Assembly (NCBI GenBank): GCA_963674745.2
Contig: CAXXDV010000003.1
Coordinates: 896,001-960,000, forward strand
Reading direction: 5' to 3'
Length of the DNA stretch: 64,000 nt
DNA from: Desulfosudaceae bacterium
GTDB lineage: Bacteria; Desulfobacterota; Desulfobacteria; Desulfobacterales; Desulfosudaceae
Under the pieces are notes generated by a model. That model saw only the letters and a list, made by a program, of their open reading frames with translations, searched no databases and was not told the DNA's origin. A program made the position numbers and the translations under genes. Shown piece by piece: positions 47,514 to 57,763 of the stretch. The stretch's first letter is position 1. Each line of letters starts with the position of its first letter.

Positions 47514-48728
47514 ATGGCTACAGGTATTAGAGATAAAGTAGCGATTATCGGCATGGGCTGTACCAAGTTCGGAGAACGCTGGGATGCGAATGGCGAAGAT
47601 TTGCTTGTTGAGGCGTTTGAAGAGTGCCTGGCGGATTCCGGCCTTGAAAAAAAGGATATTGAAGCCGCCTGGTTCGGCACCTGCTTAGAAGAAATAAATG
47701 TTGGTAAAACCGGCATGCCGTTGTCAACCACGCTGCGGCTGCCCATGATCCCGGTGACCCGGGTTGAAAACTACTGTGCCACCGGCACCGAGGCCTTTCG
47801 CGGGGCTTGCTATGCGGTTGCATCCGGGGCCTATGACATTTGTCTGGCCCAGGGGCTGGAAAAACTGAAAGACACCGGTTACGGCGGGTTACCCAACCCG
47901 GGTTCCGGGGCCGGTACCCTGACCTGGCAATGGTGGCCGAATATTTCGGCGCCCGGATGTTTTGCCCAGCTGGCCAGTGCGTATGCCGCCAAATATAAGG
48001 TCAAGGACGAAGACCTGAAACGCGCCATCGCCCATGTGTCGGTCAAAAGTCATGCCAATGGCGCCTTGAACCCCAAGGCCCATCTGCAGAAAGTAGTCAC
48101 CGAAGCACAGGTGATGGGCGCACCCATTATTGCACATCCGCTGGGACTGTTCGACTGCTGCGGCGTCAGTGACGGCTCGGCCTGTGCGATTGTAACCACA
48201 CCGGAAATCGCCAAAAAGCTGGGCAAGAAAAAAGCCGAGATCGTCAGCGTCAAGGCGCTGCAGGTTGCGCTCAGCAGCGGTCAGGAAGTCGGTTACAATG
48301 AATGGGACGGCGAGCATTTCATGACCACCTCCATCGCCAGTACCCGGGCCTATGAAGAAGCCGGGATCAAGGACCCCAGAAAAGAGATCAGCATGATGGA
48401 AGTCCATGACTGCTTTTCCATTACCGAGCTGGTCACCTATGAGGACCTGCACATTTCCGAGCGCGGACAGGCCTGGAAGGATTCCTTGAACGGTATGTAT
48501 GACAGAGACGGAGAAGTGCCCTGCCAGATTGATGGTGGCCTGAAATGCTTCGGTCATCCTATCGGCGCCTCCGGTCTGCGGATGCTCTATGAGATGTATC
48601 TGCAGCTTTTGGGCCGGGCGGACAAACGCCAGTTGGACAACCCGAAAATCGGTTTGACGCATAATCTGGGCGGCTTTCCGTTCCAGAACATCTGCGCCAT
48701 TTCCATTATCGGAAAATATGGCAAATGA
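47514..48728 (+). CDS. SCPx-type thiolase (acetyl-CoA acyltransferase)
   Basis: VENYCATG, DCCGVSDG, EVHDCF, GHPIGASG, HNLGG. Confidence 0.92.
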   Translation: MATGIRDKVAIIGMGCTKFGERWDANGEDLLVEAFEECLADSGLEKKDIEAAWFGTCLEEINVGKTGMPLSTTLRLPMIPVTRVENYCATGTEAFRGACYAVASGAYDICLAQGLEKLKDTGYGGLPNPGSGAGTLTWQWWPNISAPGCFAQLASAYAAKYKVKDEDLKRAIAHVSVKSHANGALNPKAHLQKVVTEAQVMGAPIIAHPLGLFDCCGVSDGSACAIVTTPEIAKKLGKKKAEIVSVKALQVALSSGQEVGYNEWDGEHFMTTSIASTRAYEEAGIKDPRKEISMMEVHDCFSITELVTYEDLHISERGQAWKDSLNGMYDRDGEVPCQIDGGLKCFGHPIGASGLRMLYEMYLQLLGRADKRQLDNPKIGLTHNLGGFPFQNICAISIIGKYGK

Positions 48729-48753
48729 TGATAAACCGTGTGAATAGACACTA

Positions 48754-48795
48754 GAACAAACAGGGGCGACCCGTTGGTGTCGCCCCTGTTTGTTC
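48754..48795. repeat. 17-bp perfect hairpin with REP-like core
   Basis: GAACAAACAGGGGCGAC-CCGTTGGT-GTCGCCCCTGTTTGTTC. Confidence 0.75.
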
Positions 48796-48816
48796 AACTT
48801 TATATGTGGGGGACCC

Positions 48817-49971
48817 ATGGATTTTGCGCTTGATAAATCACAAAAAGAGATTCAGAAAGCAGTCCGGGATTTTACCAAAGGTGAATTCGACAAGGACCTG
48901 GGACTGGATCTTGAGAAAGAAGGAAAGTATCCCGCGGATATATTGGCCGGTGCCTGTGACCTGGGGTTTATCGGTATTCATTTTCCGGAAAAATACCTGG
49001 GCGCCGATCTCGGCCTGTTTGAAAACTGCCTGATTGCCGAAGAGCTGTGCCGCAAGGACTCCACCCTGGGACTGGCGCTGATGATGGCCGGATACGGCGC
49101 GGAATGCGTTCTGCGGTTCGGCAGTGACGGCCAGAAGGATCAATACCTGACGCCCGTAGCCGAAGGGAAGATGTTCTCGGCGGCGGCCTTCATGGAACCC
49201 GGGCAGGCTTTTGATATGCGTGTCATGCAGACAACTGCCGCCAAGGACGGTGACGGCTGGGTCATTAACGGTAAAAAATCAATGGTATTGAACGGCAATA
49301 GCGCCGGTTTTTATATCGTCCTCTGCCAGACCGATGACACCGCCGCCACGCCGGATAAGCGTTTGAGCATGTTTATTGTGGACGGAGATACACCGGGCAT
49401 TACCTGTGAAGATGTGGGACGCCGCATCGGTTGCAATATGCTTTCGGCTGCCGACGTGACCTTTAATAATGTCAAGGTCGGTGCGGACAAACTGATCGGT
49501 ACCGAAGGCGCCGGATATTCCCAGGTGAATGCTTATTTTAACGAACTGCGGGTGCTGCTGTCGGCCATGGCCGTCGGCATTGCCCAGGGTGCCTATGAAA
49601 AAGCCCTGGACTATATCAAACAGCGGGAGCAGTTCGGAAAAAAACTGGCCATGTTTCATATCACCTGGCACAAGGTGGCGGATATGGCCGCTCAAATAGA
49701 ATATGCCAGGACCCTGACCTATAAGGCCGCATGGACTTTTGACAAGGGGAAACTGGACGCGGGCCTGGCCTCCATAACCAAAATGACAGCTGCCAAAGCG
49801 GCTATGGCGGTAACCTATGAGGCGATTCAACTTTATGGCGGTTACGGATTTATGACCGAATATGAAGTTGAACATTTTTACCGGGACGCCAAGTTTATAG
49901 ACCTTTTCTGCGGCGCTATCAGCGTACAGAAAGATGTCATCGCGGAAACAATCGTCGGTAAAATTAAATAA
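48817..49971 (+). CDS. Acyl-CoA dehydrogenase
   Basis: WVINGKK, REQFGKKL, IQLYGGYGFMTEY. Confidence 0.9.
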   Translation: MDFALDKSQKEIQKAVRDFTKGEFDKDLGLDLEKEGKYPADILAGACDLGFIGIHFPEKYLGADLGLFENCLIAEELCRKDSTLGLALMMAGYGAECVLRFGSDGQKDQYLTPVAEGKMFSAAAFMEPGQAFDMRVMQTTAAKDGDGWVINGKKSMVLNGNSAGFYIVLCQTDDTAATPDKRLSMFIVDGDTPGITCEDVGRRIGCNMLSAADVTFNNVKVGADKLIGTEGAGYSQVNAYFNELRVLLSAMAVGIAQGAYEKALDYIKQREQFGKKLAMFHITWHKVADMAAQIEYARTLTYKAAWTFDKGKLDAGLASITKMTAAKAAMAVTYEAIQLYGGYGFMTEYEVEHFYRDAKFIDLFCGAISVQKDVIAETIVGKIK

Positions 49972-49991
49972 CGGGTTACGCCAAAAGGAGG

Positions 49992-51143
49992 ATGGCTATG
50001 GATATTTTGAATTACACGGAAGCGCATCAACAGTTCCGCATGCGGCTCCGGGAATTCTGTCAGAAAGAGATTATCCCCAATGTGGATCAGTGGGAAGCCG
50101 ACCACATCGTGCCCAAAAGCGCTTGGAAGCGCATGGGCGAAGAGGGCTTTTTGTGCACCAACGCGCCGGCTGAATACGGCGGGCACGGTCTGGATTTTCT
50201 GTATTCCGTGATTGTGGCCGAAGAGCTGGCCAGGACCAATCATACCGGTCTGGCCGCGCCGTTGCACAGCGATATTGTGGTGCCGTATATCGTTTCCTAC
50301 GGCTCGGAAGAGATAAAGAAAAAATATATTCCCGGCTGTACCACCGGAGATATTATTACGGCCGTGGCCATGACTGAATCGGATGCCGGCAGTGATGTGG
50401 CCGCCATGACGACCACGGCCGAAGAAGACGGAGACATGGTCGTTATCAACGGCTCCAAGACATTTATCACCAACGGCATCAATGCCGATCTGGTGGTGGT
50501 GGCCGCCAAGGACCCCAACGCGGAAAACCCGCACCAGGCGGTTTCGCTCTACATTGTCGAGGATGGCACGCCCGGGTTTACCCGCGGTCGTCATCTGGAG
50601 AAAATGGGCTTTCACAGCCAGGATACGGCCGAGCTGTTTTTCACCAATTGCCGCATCCCCAGGGAGAATATATTGGGGCAGAAAAACATGGGCTTTATCA
50701 TGCTCATGGAGAAACTTCAGCAGGAACGGCTGATCTGCGCCATCATGGCCCAGTTTGCCGTAGAGCTCATGCTTGAAGCCGCGATACTGTATTGCCAGAC
50801 CACCAAGGACACCACCGGAAAGCCGATGTCCAAATACCAGGGCATGAACTTTCAGCTGGTGGAAATGATGACCGAAGCCCATATCGGCCGGGTGTTCATG
50901 GAGAAGCTGGTGGCGGATCATATGGAAGGTCTGAGTGTGGTCAAGGAAACCTGCATGGCCAAGTACTGGCACACGGACCTGACCCAGAAGATATCCAACC
51001 AGGTAATGGATCTGATCGGCGAAGAGGCCACGGCCGAACGCAGCATGATCCTGCGCGGCTGGCGTGACCTGAGGGTATTGCCTATTTTTGCGGGTACCAA
51101 CGAGATCATGAAGATGGTCGTCGGTAAAATGTCGGGACTTTAG
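49992..51143 (+). CDS. Acyl-CoA dehydrogenase (LCAD-like)
   Basis: AMTESDAGSD, INGSKTFITNG, QDTAELFF, QERL, IFAGTNEIMK. Confidence 0.92.
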   Translation: MAMDILNYTEAHQQFRMRLREFCQKEIIPNVDQWEADHIVPKSAWKRMGEEGFLCTNAPAEYGGHGLDFLYSVIVAEELARTNHTGLAAPLHSDIVVPYIVSYGSEEIKKKYIPGCTTGDIITAVAMTESDAGSDVAAMTTTAEEDGDMVVINGSKTFITNGINADLVVVAAKDPNAENPHQAVSLYIVEDGTPGFTRGRHLEKMGFHSQDTAELFFTNCRIPRENILGQKNMGFIMLMEKLQQERLICAIMAQFAVELMLEAAILYCQTTKDTTGKPMSKYQGMNFQLVEMMTEAHIGRVFMEKLVADHMEGLSVVKETCMAKYWHTDLTQKISNQVMDLIGEEATAERSMILRGWRDLRVLPIFAGTNEIMKMVVGKMSGL

Positions 51144-51217
51144 GAGGAAAAAAAGCCAGACCTTCTGTTTTCTAGACGGGGTGCCTTAGGCGGAAGACTT
51201 TGGGCTAAAGAGGCGTA

Positions 51218-51553
51218 GTGTTTAAGTGGTTAGGTGATTATGTGATTAAGGTGTTCGTGTCCTGACCGGGCACGATCCTGAACCGGGACGATAAGTTACA
51301 GTTTCACTTTAAAGTTGCAGTGATTAGGTGCTTTAGTGGTTAAGGCTTTAAGTGCTAAGTGTTAGACCTCAGGTAAATGAGGATTAGTGTATAATTGTTT
51401 ATGACTTTATGGGGATCAGATTTTGAGGAATTGAGTGGTTAGGACGTTATGGATAACGATATCTGCTGATCTCATAATTTTTTAACGCTTTAGCCACATA
51501 CTTTTTCAAACCGCTGAACCCTTAACCACTTAAACACATAAACACTTAATCAC
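51218..51553. repeat. Inverted GTGNTTAN octamer arrays enclosing an AT-rich core
   Basis: Forward units at 51218-51249 and 51320-51351; reverse units TTAACCAC TTAAACAC ATAAACAC TTAATCAC at 51522-51553. Confidence 0.85.
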
Positions 51554-51616
51554 AATAGTCTTAAAACTATAAAACCTTTAAGAGATAACGTAACCATTTT
51601 GACGGAGAAGCTAAAT

Positions 51617-52768
51617 ATGTTAAGCAACGGCGCCTTAACGGGTATTAAGGTAATTGATCTGTCCCGGCTGCTGCCCGGGCCTTACTGCTCCATGATCCTG
51701 GCGGATCACGGAGCGCGGGTGATTGCCGTAGAAGACAAGCGGTTTCTGGCTGACGGCCTTTTTATGAATATCGTCAACCGAAACAAGCAGCATATCGCGC
51801 TGGATTTGAAAACACCGGAAGGAAAAGAGATCTTCTTCAAATTGCTGGAAGACGCGGATGTGGTACTGGAAGGATTCCGACCGGGGGTGGTGGAAAAACT
51901 CGGGGTAGATTACAAGACCCTGTCTGAAAAGAACCCCGGAATTGTTTATTGCTCGATTAGCGGTTACGGCCAGGATGGTGCCTGCCGGGATCGCAGCGGC
52001 CATGATGTCAACTACCTGGCCATGTGCGGTGTTCTGGACCAGATCGGCCCGAAGGGCCAGCCGCCCAGTATTCCGGGCATTCAGTTCGCCGATATCGCCG
52101 GCGGCGGTATGAATGCTGCTATCGGTATCCTGATGGCCCTGGTGGCCCGGGAAAAGACCGGCCGGGGCCAGTACATCGACATTTCCATGACCGATTCCAT
52201 GCTGGCCTTCATGCCCACGGCCCTGTTCATGTACCATCTGGCGGGGATGTGGCCCGGTCGGAGCGATGCCGTGCTTTCCCACCGTTACGCGTTTTACAAT
52301 ACCTATCGGACCAGGGATGAACGCGACATTTCCATCGGCGCCCTGGAACACCGGTTCTGGAAAAATCTTTGCGAACATCTCGGGGTACCCGAATTCGCTT
52401 CCCTGCAGTATGATGAAACCCGTCGTCAGGAAATCCTCGACCGGATACGCGAGATTTTCGCCTCCAAAACCCTGGCGGAATGGAAACAGGATCTCGAAGG
52501 CGTGGACTGCTGCTGGGCACCGGTACAGACCTTTGCCGAGGTAATGGAAGATCCGTTTTTCGCCGAGCGGCAGATGATCGTTGAAACCGGTGATCCTGAT
52601 CCCAAAAAGGCCAAGACCTTCGGCGTGTCGGTCAAGCTGAGCGATACGCCCGGCGGTGTCCGCACAACGCCGGACGGGTTCGGCGAGAGTACGGCGGCAG
52701 TGCTCAAAGAACTGGGTTACAATGACGAAGAAATAAAACATCTTTCAGAAATCGGGGTGACCATATGA
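51617..52768 (+). CDS. CoA-transferase family III (CaiB/BaiF), alpha-methylacyl-CoA racemase-like subgroup
   Basis: LPGPYC, NRNK, EGFRPGV, GYGQDG, GHDVNYLA, ADIAGGG, GALEHRFW. Confidence 0.9.
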   Translation: MLSNGALTGIKVIDLSRLLPGPYCSMILADHGARVIAVEDKRFLADGLFMNIVNRNKQHIALDLKTPEGKEIFFKLLEDADVVLEGFRPGVVEKLGVDYKTLSEKNPGIVYCSISGYGQDGACRDRSGHDVNYLAMCGVLDQIGPKGQPPSIPGIQFADIAGGGMNAAIGILMALVAREKTGRGQYIDISMTDSMLAFMPTALFMYHLAGMWPGRSDAVLSHRYAFYNTYRTRDERDISIGALEHRFWKNLCEHLGVPEFASLQYDETRRQEILDRIREIFASKTLAEWKQDLEGVDCCWAPVQTFAEVMEDPFFAERQMIVETGDPDPKKAKTFGVSVKLSDTPGGVRTTPDGFGESTAAVLKELGYNDEEIKHLSEIGVTI

Positions 52769-53400
52769 ATTCCCTTGTGTCGGTTTTTACGTCTTCTGTC
52801 GGCAAAAAACTGCTGATGGCGGTTACCGGCTTCAGCTTCTGCGGTTTTCTGGTTGTTCACTTGATCGGTAACCTGACCGTATACGGTGGCAGCGGCATGT
52901 TCAACGCTTACGTGGATCATCTCCACTCACTTGGCCTGTTGATCAATGTGGCCGAGTTGGGATTGCTGTTTCTGGCCATTGTGCATGTCTCGACCGGAAC
53001 CATCCTTTTTATTCAGAATTGGCGCGCCCGCCCGGTTAAATACGCCGGCAGAAAGAACGCCGGAGGCCGTACCATCGGGTCGGCCACCATGCCTTACACC
53101 GGGTTTATTATCCTCGTATTTCTGGTGTTTCATCTGGCGGGTTTCCATTTTGCCGATCATTCCGGCCGGACGGTGTACGACATTCTTGTCGGCGCTTTTT
53201 CAGTTCCGCTGACGGCTGGTTTATACGTATTGGCCGTGCTGATTGTGGCCACGCACATCAGCCACGGATTCTGGAGCCTGTTTCAAACGGTGGGCTTCAA
53301 CCATGTCAAGTACATGCCGCTGATCATGGTCCTGGGGTGGATCTTTTCGATTACGGTTGCAGCCGGGTTCGGATTGATACCGATTTACGTGCTTTTGTAA
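52765..53400 (+). CDS. sdhC: Succinate dehydrogenase/fumarate reductase cytochrome b subunit
   Basis: SSVGKKLLMAVTG, HLIGN, heme-ligand His residues, HISHGFWSLFQT. Confidence 0.9.
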   Translation: MNSLVSVFTSSVGKKLLMAVTGFSFCGFLVVHLIGNLTVYGGSGMFNAYVDHLHSLGLLINVAELGLLFLAIVHVSTGTILFIQNWRARPVKYAGRKNAGGRTIGSATMPYTGFIILVFLVFHLAGFHFADHSGRTVYDILVGAFSVPLTAGLYVLAVLIVATHISHGFWSLFQTVGFNHVKYMPLIMVLGWIFSITVAAGFGLIPIYVLL

Positions 53401-53473
53401 GGGGCCGAGGATTCAAGGGGTCAAGGGTTTAAGTGAACGGCGACGTGCCCTCGACTCCTGGACCCCTTGAACC
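53401..53473. repeat. Inverted short octamer arrays (GGRNTCRA type)
   Basis: GGGGCCGA GGATTCAA GGGGTCAA GGGTTTAA ... TCGACTCC TGGACCCC TTGAACC, starting at the base after the sdhC stop. Confidence 0.65.
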
Positions 53474-53568
53474 ATGTGTGCCGACTGAATGAAAGAAGAA
53501 CAAGAGATTTAAACCTGGTTTAATAATAAGGATCGGTCTTTAATCGTAGCAAATAAAGTGAGGACTTT

Positions 53569-55482
53569 ATGAAACTTGATGCGAATACGCCCGGCGGGCC
53601 ACTGGCAGAAAAGTGGGACCGCCACCAGTTTGAACTGAAGCTGGTCAATCCGGCCAACAAGCGGAAGTTTACCATCATCGTGGTCGGCTCGGGTCTGGCC
53701 GGCGGCTCTGCGGCCGCCAGCCTGGCGGAACTGGGATATAATGTCAAGTGCTTCTGCATTCAGGATTCTCCCCGGCGGGCCCACAGCATAGCAGCCCAGG
53801 GCGGGATCAACGCCGCCAAGAACTACCAGAACGACGGTGACAGTGTCTGGCGGCTGTTTTACGATACCATCAAGGGCGGTGATTTCCGGGCCAGGGAGGC
53901 CAACGTCTACCGGCTGGCCCAGCTGAGCACCAACATCATCGACCAGTGCGTGGCCCAGGGCGTACCGTTTGCGCGGGAATATGGCGGCCTGCTGGCCAAC
54001 CGTTCCTTTGGCGGGGCCCAGGTATCCCGGACCTTTTATGCCCGGGGACAGACCGGACAACAGCTGCTTCTCGGCGCTTACGGTGCGTTGTCCCGCCAGA
54101 TCAAGACCGGCAAGGTGGAGATGTTTCCCCGCCGGGAAATGCTTGACCTGGTAGTGGTGGACGGCAAAGCCCGGGGCATTACCGTCCGCAACCTGATCAC
54201 GGGTGATATTGAATCCCATGCCGCTCATGCCGTGGTCCTTTGTACCGGCGGCTATGGTAACGTTTTTTTTCTGTCCACCAACGCCATGGCCAGCAATGTC
54301 ACGGCCGCCTTCCGGGCGTATAAAAAGGGGGCGGGTTTTGCCAACCCCTGCTTTACCCAGATTCATCCGACCTGTATCCCGGTGCACGGCACCTACCAGT
54401 CCAAGCTGACCCTGATGAGCGAAAGCCTGCGCAACGACGGCCGGGTGTGGGTTCCGAAAAATCCCGGCGACAAGCGTCCGCCCCACGAAATCCCGGAAAG
54501 CGACCGGGATTATTACCTGGAGAACAAATACCCCAGCTTCGGCAACCTGGTGCCCAGGGACGTGGCTTCACGCAATGCCAAGGAACAGTGCGACAAGGGT
54601 AAGGGCGTGGGGGATACCGGTCTGGCTGTTTATCTTGATTTTGCCGATGCCATTAACAGAGACGGCCAGGACGTCATTGCCCGCAAATACGGCAACCTGT
54701 TTGCCATGTACGAAAAAATCACCGCTGAAAACCCCTATCAAACGCCCATGAGAATTTATCCGGCCGTACATTATACCATGGGCGGTTTGTGGGTGGATTA
54801 CAACCTGATGAGTAACCTGGAGGGCTTGTTCGTTCTGGGTGAGGCCAATTTTTCAGATCACGGGGCCAACCGGCTCGGGGCCAGCGCCCTGATGCAGGGC
54901 CTGGCCGACGGGTATTTTGTTATTCCTTATACCATCGGCGGCTATCTGGCCGGATCCGGACTGGCGGAAATTACTGCCGACCACGCCGCTTTCAAGGATT
55001 CCGCTGGGGAAACCCGGGCTGTTACAGACAAGCTTCTGTCTGTCAAGGGCAAACGGACGGTGGATGATTTTCACAAACAGCTGGGACAGGTCATGTGGGA
55101 TCACTGCGGTATGGCCCGGAATGACGAAAGCCTGACCAAAGCGCTTGGTTTGATCAAAGACCTGCGGCAGTCCTACTGGGAGGATGTCACCGTGCCAGGT
55201 GCGGCGGCCGATTTAAACCAGTCCCTGGAAAAAGCATGCCGGGTGGCGGATTTTATGGAATTTTCCGAAATCATGATCGAAGACGCGCTGGCCCGTCGGG
55301 AGTCCTGTGGCTGCCATTTCAACGAGGCCTATCAGACCGACGAAAATGAGGCTTTGCGGGATGACGAGAATTTTTCCCATGTGTCTGTCTGGGAGTACGC
55401 CGGACAAGGGCAGAAACCGGTTTTTCACAAAGAGCCACTGGCGTTTGAGAACGTGAAATTGTCGCAAAGGAGCTATAAATAA
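53569..55482 (+). CDS. sdhA: Succinate dehydrogenase/fumarate reductase flavoprotein subunit
   Basis: [45 protein letters not shown]. Confidence 0.95.
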   Translation: MKLDANTPGGPLAEKWDRHQFELKLVNPANKRKFTIIVVGSGLAGGSAAASLAELGYNVKCFCIQDSPRRAHSIAAQGGINAAKNYQNDGDSVWRLFYDTIKGGDFRAREANVYRLAQLSTNIIDQCVAQGVPFAREYGGLLANRSFGGAQVSRTFYARGQTGQQLLLGAYGALSRQIKTGKVEMFPRREMLDLVVVDGKARGITVRNLITGDIESHAAHAVVLCTGGYGNVFFLSTNAMASNVTAAFRAYKKGAGFANPCFTQIHPTCIPVHGTYQSKLTLMSESLRNDGRVWVPKNPGDKRPPHEIPESDRDYYLENKYPSFGNLVPRDVASRNAKEQCDKGKGVGDTGLAVYLDFADAINRDGQDVIARKYGNLFAMYEKITAENPYQTPMRIYPAVHYTMGGLWVDYNLMSNLEGLFVLGEANFSDHGANRLGASALMQGLADGYFVIPYTIGGYLAGSGLAEITADHAAFKDSAGETRAVTDKLLSVKGKRTVDDFHKQLGQVMWDHCGMARNDESLTKALGLIKDLRQSYWEDVTVPGAAADLNQSLEKACRVADFMEFSEIMIEDALARRESCGCHFNEAYQTDENEALRDDENFSHVSVWEYAGQGQKPVFHKEPLAFENVKLSQRSYK

Positions 55483-56237
55483 TGAAGAACATCAATCTGA
55501 CCTTGAAGGTGTGGCGTCAGGGCACCAATGAATCCAAAGGCAGGTTTGAAACATACCCGGCCAAAAACATCTCCACGGATATGTCCTTTCTGGAAATGCT
55601 CGATGTGGTCAACGAAGAACTGACCCTGGCCGGCAAAGAACCCATCGCGTTTGATCATGACTGTCGCGAAGGCATCTGCGGCATGTGCGGCACCATGGTC
55701 AATGGACATGCCCATGGCCATGAAAAAGGAACGACCCTGTGCCAGCTTCACATGCGTCATTTTGACAACGGGGATACCCTGGTTATCGAGCCCTGGCGGG
55801 CCCGGGCCTTCAAGGTGGTCAAGGATCTGATTGTCGACCGCAGCGCCTTTGACAAAATCATTCAGGAAGGCGGATATGTCTCGGTTAATACCGGCGGCGT
55901 TCCCGACGGCAATGCCATCCCCGTTCCCCAGGAAATCGCGGAAAAGGCCATGGATGCCGCCGCCTGCATCGGCTGCGGCGCCTGTGTGGCCGCCTGTCCC
56001 AATGCCTCGGCCATGCTGTTTACCAGTGCCAAAATTTCTCAACTGGCCCTGTTGCCCCAGGGCCGTCCTGAAGCGGCCAAAAGGGTGGCGGCCATGTTGA
56101 ACATGCACGACTGTCTGGGTTTCGGCAACTGTTCCAATGAAAGGGAGTGCGAGGCAAGTTGTCCCAAGGAAATATCCATTGTCAACATCGCCCGGATGAA
56201 TCGCGAGTTTTTGAAGGCCGGGTTCCTGGCTGAATAA
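55482..56237 (+). CDS. sdhB: Succinate dehydrogenase/fumarate reductase Fe-S subunit
   Basis: CREGICGMC...[25 protein letters not shown]. Confidence 0.95.
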   Translation: MKNINLTLKVWRQGTNESKGRFETYPAKNISTDMSFLEMLDVVNEELTLAGKEPIAFDHDCREGICGMCGTMVNGHAHGHEKGTTLCQLHMRHFDNGDTLVIEPWRARAFKVVKDLIVDRSAFDKIIQEGGYVSVNTGGVPDGNAIPVPQEIAEKAMDAAACIGCGACVAACPNASAMLFTSAKISQLALLPQGRPEAAKRVAAMLNMHDCLGFGNCSNERECEASCPKEISIVNIARMNREFLKAGFLAE

Positions 56238-56238
56238 T

Positions 56239-56314
56239 GCAGGGGCACGGCGTGCCGTGCCCAATTGTGAATCACGTTCATGTAGGGGCGACCCGCCGGT
56301 CACCCCTACATGAA
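56239..56314. repeat. GTAG-type REP cluster
   Basis: GCAGGGGCACGGCGTGCCGTGCCC and TTCATGTAGGGGCGACCCGCCGGTCACCCCTACATGAA. Confidence 0.75.
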
Positions 56315-56334
56315 GGCATACCCCGGATACCATT

Positions 56335-56982
56335 ATGACGTCCACCTCTATCCATCCCGCCACATCCCTGGTCGGTATCATGGCAGACAGTCACGGACAG
56401 ATAAATGCCTTGTCCGCCGGATTGTCGGTACTGCAACATCATGGCTGCGACGTGATTTACCACTTGGGAGACATCTGCGACTCTACTTATTTTGAGACCA
56501 CCCGGGAATGCCTGGATACTATCCGGGAATACCAGGTGATGGCCATAAAAGGCAATAATGAGCACGCCATTGCCGTGAACCTGAAAGATCATGAACACGA
56601 TCCCCAAGCTGTTGCATTGGCATCGTATTTATCACAACTGCCACTGGTCCGTTCCTGTAAGGGAGCAATTTTCGCGCACTCGCTTCCGTTTGAAAAAGAA
56701 CTGGGGTTGTCCGCCATGGTGCGGATAATGGAGCCCCTGGCGGCAGAACTGTTTTTCAGGATGTATCCCGAACAGGTCCTGTTCCGGGGCCATAGCCATA
56801 CGCCGGAACTTGTTTTTTCCCAGGAGGGCAGGGCGGTCACCCGTTCTCTTCCGGCGGATGAAAAGATTTACCTGTCTGATATCCGGCCTTGCGTGGTGAC
56901 TTGCGGTGCCCTGATGGACGGCCTCTGTCTGCTCTGGAACCCGGATGAAGACTGGATCAGATCTCTTTCCTGCCCGTTTTAA
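56335..56982 (+). CDS. Metallophosphoesterase (calcineurin-like)
   Basis: DSHG, LGD, GNNE, AHS, GHSH. Confidence 0.85.
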   Translation: MTSTSIHPATSLVGIMADSHGQINALSAGLSVLQHHGCDVIYHLGDICDSTYFETTRECLDTIREYQVMAIKGNNEHAIAVNLKDHEHDPQAVALASYLSQLPLVRSCKGAIFAHSLPFEKELGLSAMVRIMEPLAAELFFRMYPEQVLFRGHSHTPELVFSQEGRAVTRSLPADEKIYLSDIRPCVVTCGALMDGLCLLWNPDEDWIRSLSCPF

Positions 56983-57191
56983 ATCAAGGGCTAAAAAAAG
57001 CTTTTTTGTTCTTTTTGAAACGACCCGCTGTGGGCACACCAAACGCGCATCAATGTGTGGTTACCGAAAACAGTGGTTCCCGAAAAGCATTGACACACAA
57101 GGCCTTCTTCCTATAAATTAATGGCTAAATAAAACAATTTCTTATCCGTTTTTGGAGATCCTTTATCCTCTTTTAAAAACAGGAGGCGCAT

Positions 57192-57566
57192 ATGGTCACA
57201 GCCAAAGAGATTATGTCCAGCTCTGTTTTAACCGTCAACCTACACATGAAGTTGGTCGACGTTATAAAACTGCTTGTAGAAAACAATGTAACCGGACTGC
57301 CTGTTGTTGATGAAGATATGAACCTGATCGGCGTGGTAACGGAAAAAGACATATTGAAAGTGCTGTACAATAAAGAGAAAAGCAAGGCCGTTAGGGACCT
57401 GATGTCGCAGGAAGTGGTGTCCTTTGATGAAAATACGGATCTAATCAATATCTTCAAGTGCCTTGTCGAAAACAGTTTCAGGCGAGTGCCGATCACCTCT
57501 TCCGGAAAGCTGGTGGGCATCATAAGCCGGCGCGATATTATCAAGTTTCTTTACAACAAGATGTAA
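57192..57566 (+). CDS. Stand-alone CBS-domain pair protein
   Basis: GLPVVD...LIGVVTEKD and RRVPI...LVGIISRRD; AGGAGG RBS. Confidence 0.9.
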   Translation: MVTAKEIMSSSVLTVNLHMKLVDVIKLLVENNVTGLPVVDEDMNLIGVVTEKDILKVLYNKEKSKAVRDLMSQEVVSFDENTDLINIFKCLVENSFRRVPITSSGKLVGIISRRDIIKFLYNKM

Positions 57567-57763
57567 GATCGGATACGGTCACCTGCTTTACCCCGGTTGT
57601 TTCCCATAGTCCGATATTTCATGAATTTTTTCGATACAGATAAGCAGATGCATAAAACACAACTGGTTAATAAAGTCGGTTGCTTTTTCAAAAGACAAAT
57701 CGTCGTAAGCGATTTGGTAATTGGGCACCATAAAAACGGCATTAACAGGATAAACGAAAAGAT

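Noticed and set aside
44808..54486. Several 300-415 aa minus-strand ORFs (44808-46055, 47889-48818, 49878-50972, 51635-52741, 53509-54486)
   Set aside because: Antisense shadows of well-supported plus-strand genes, expected from codon bias.
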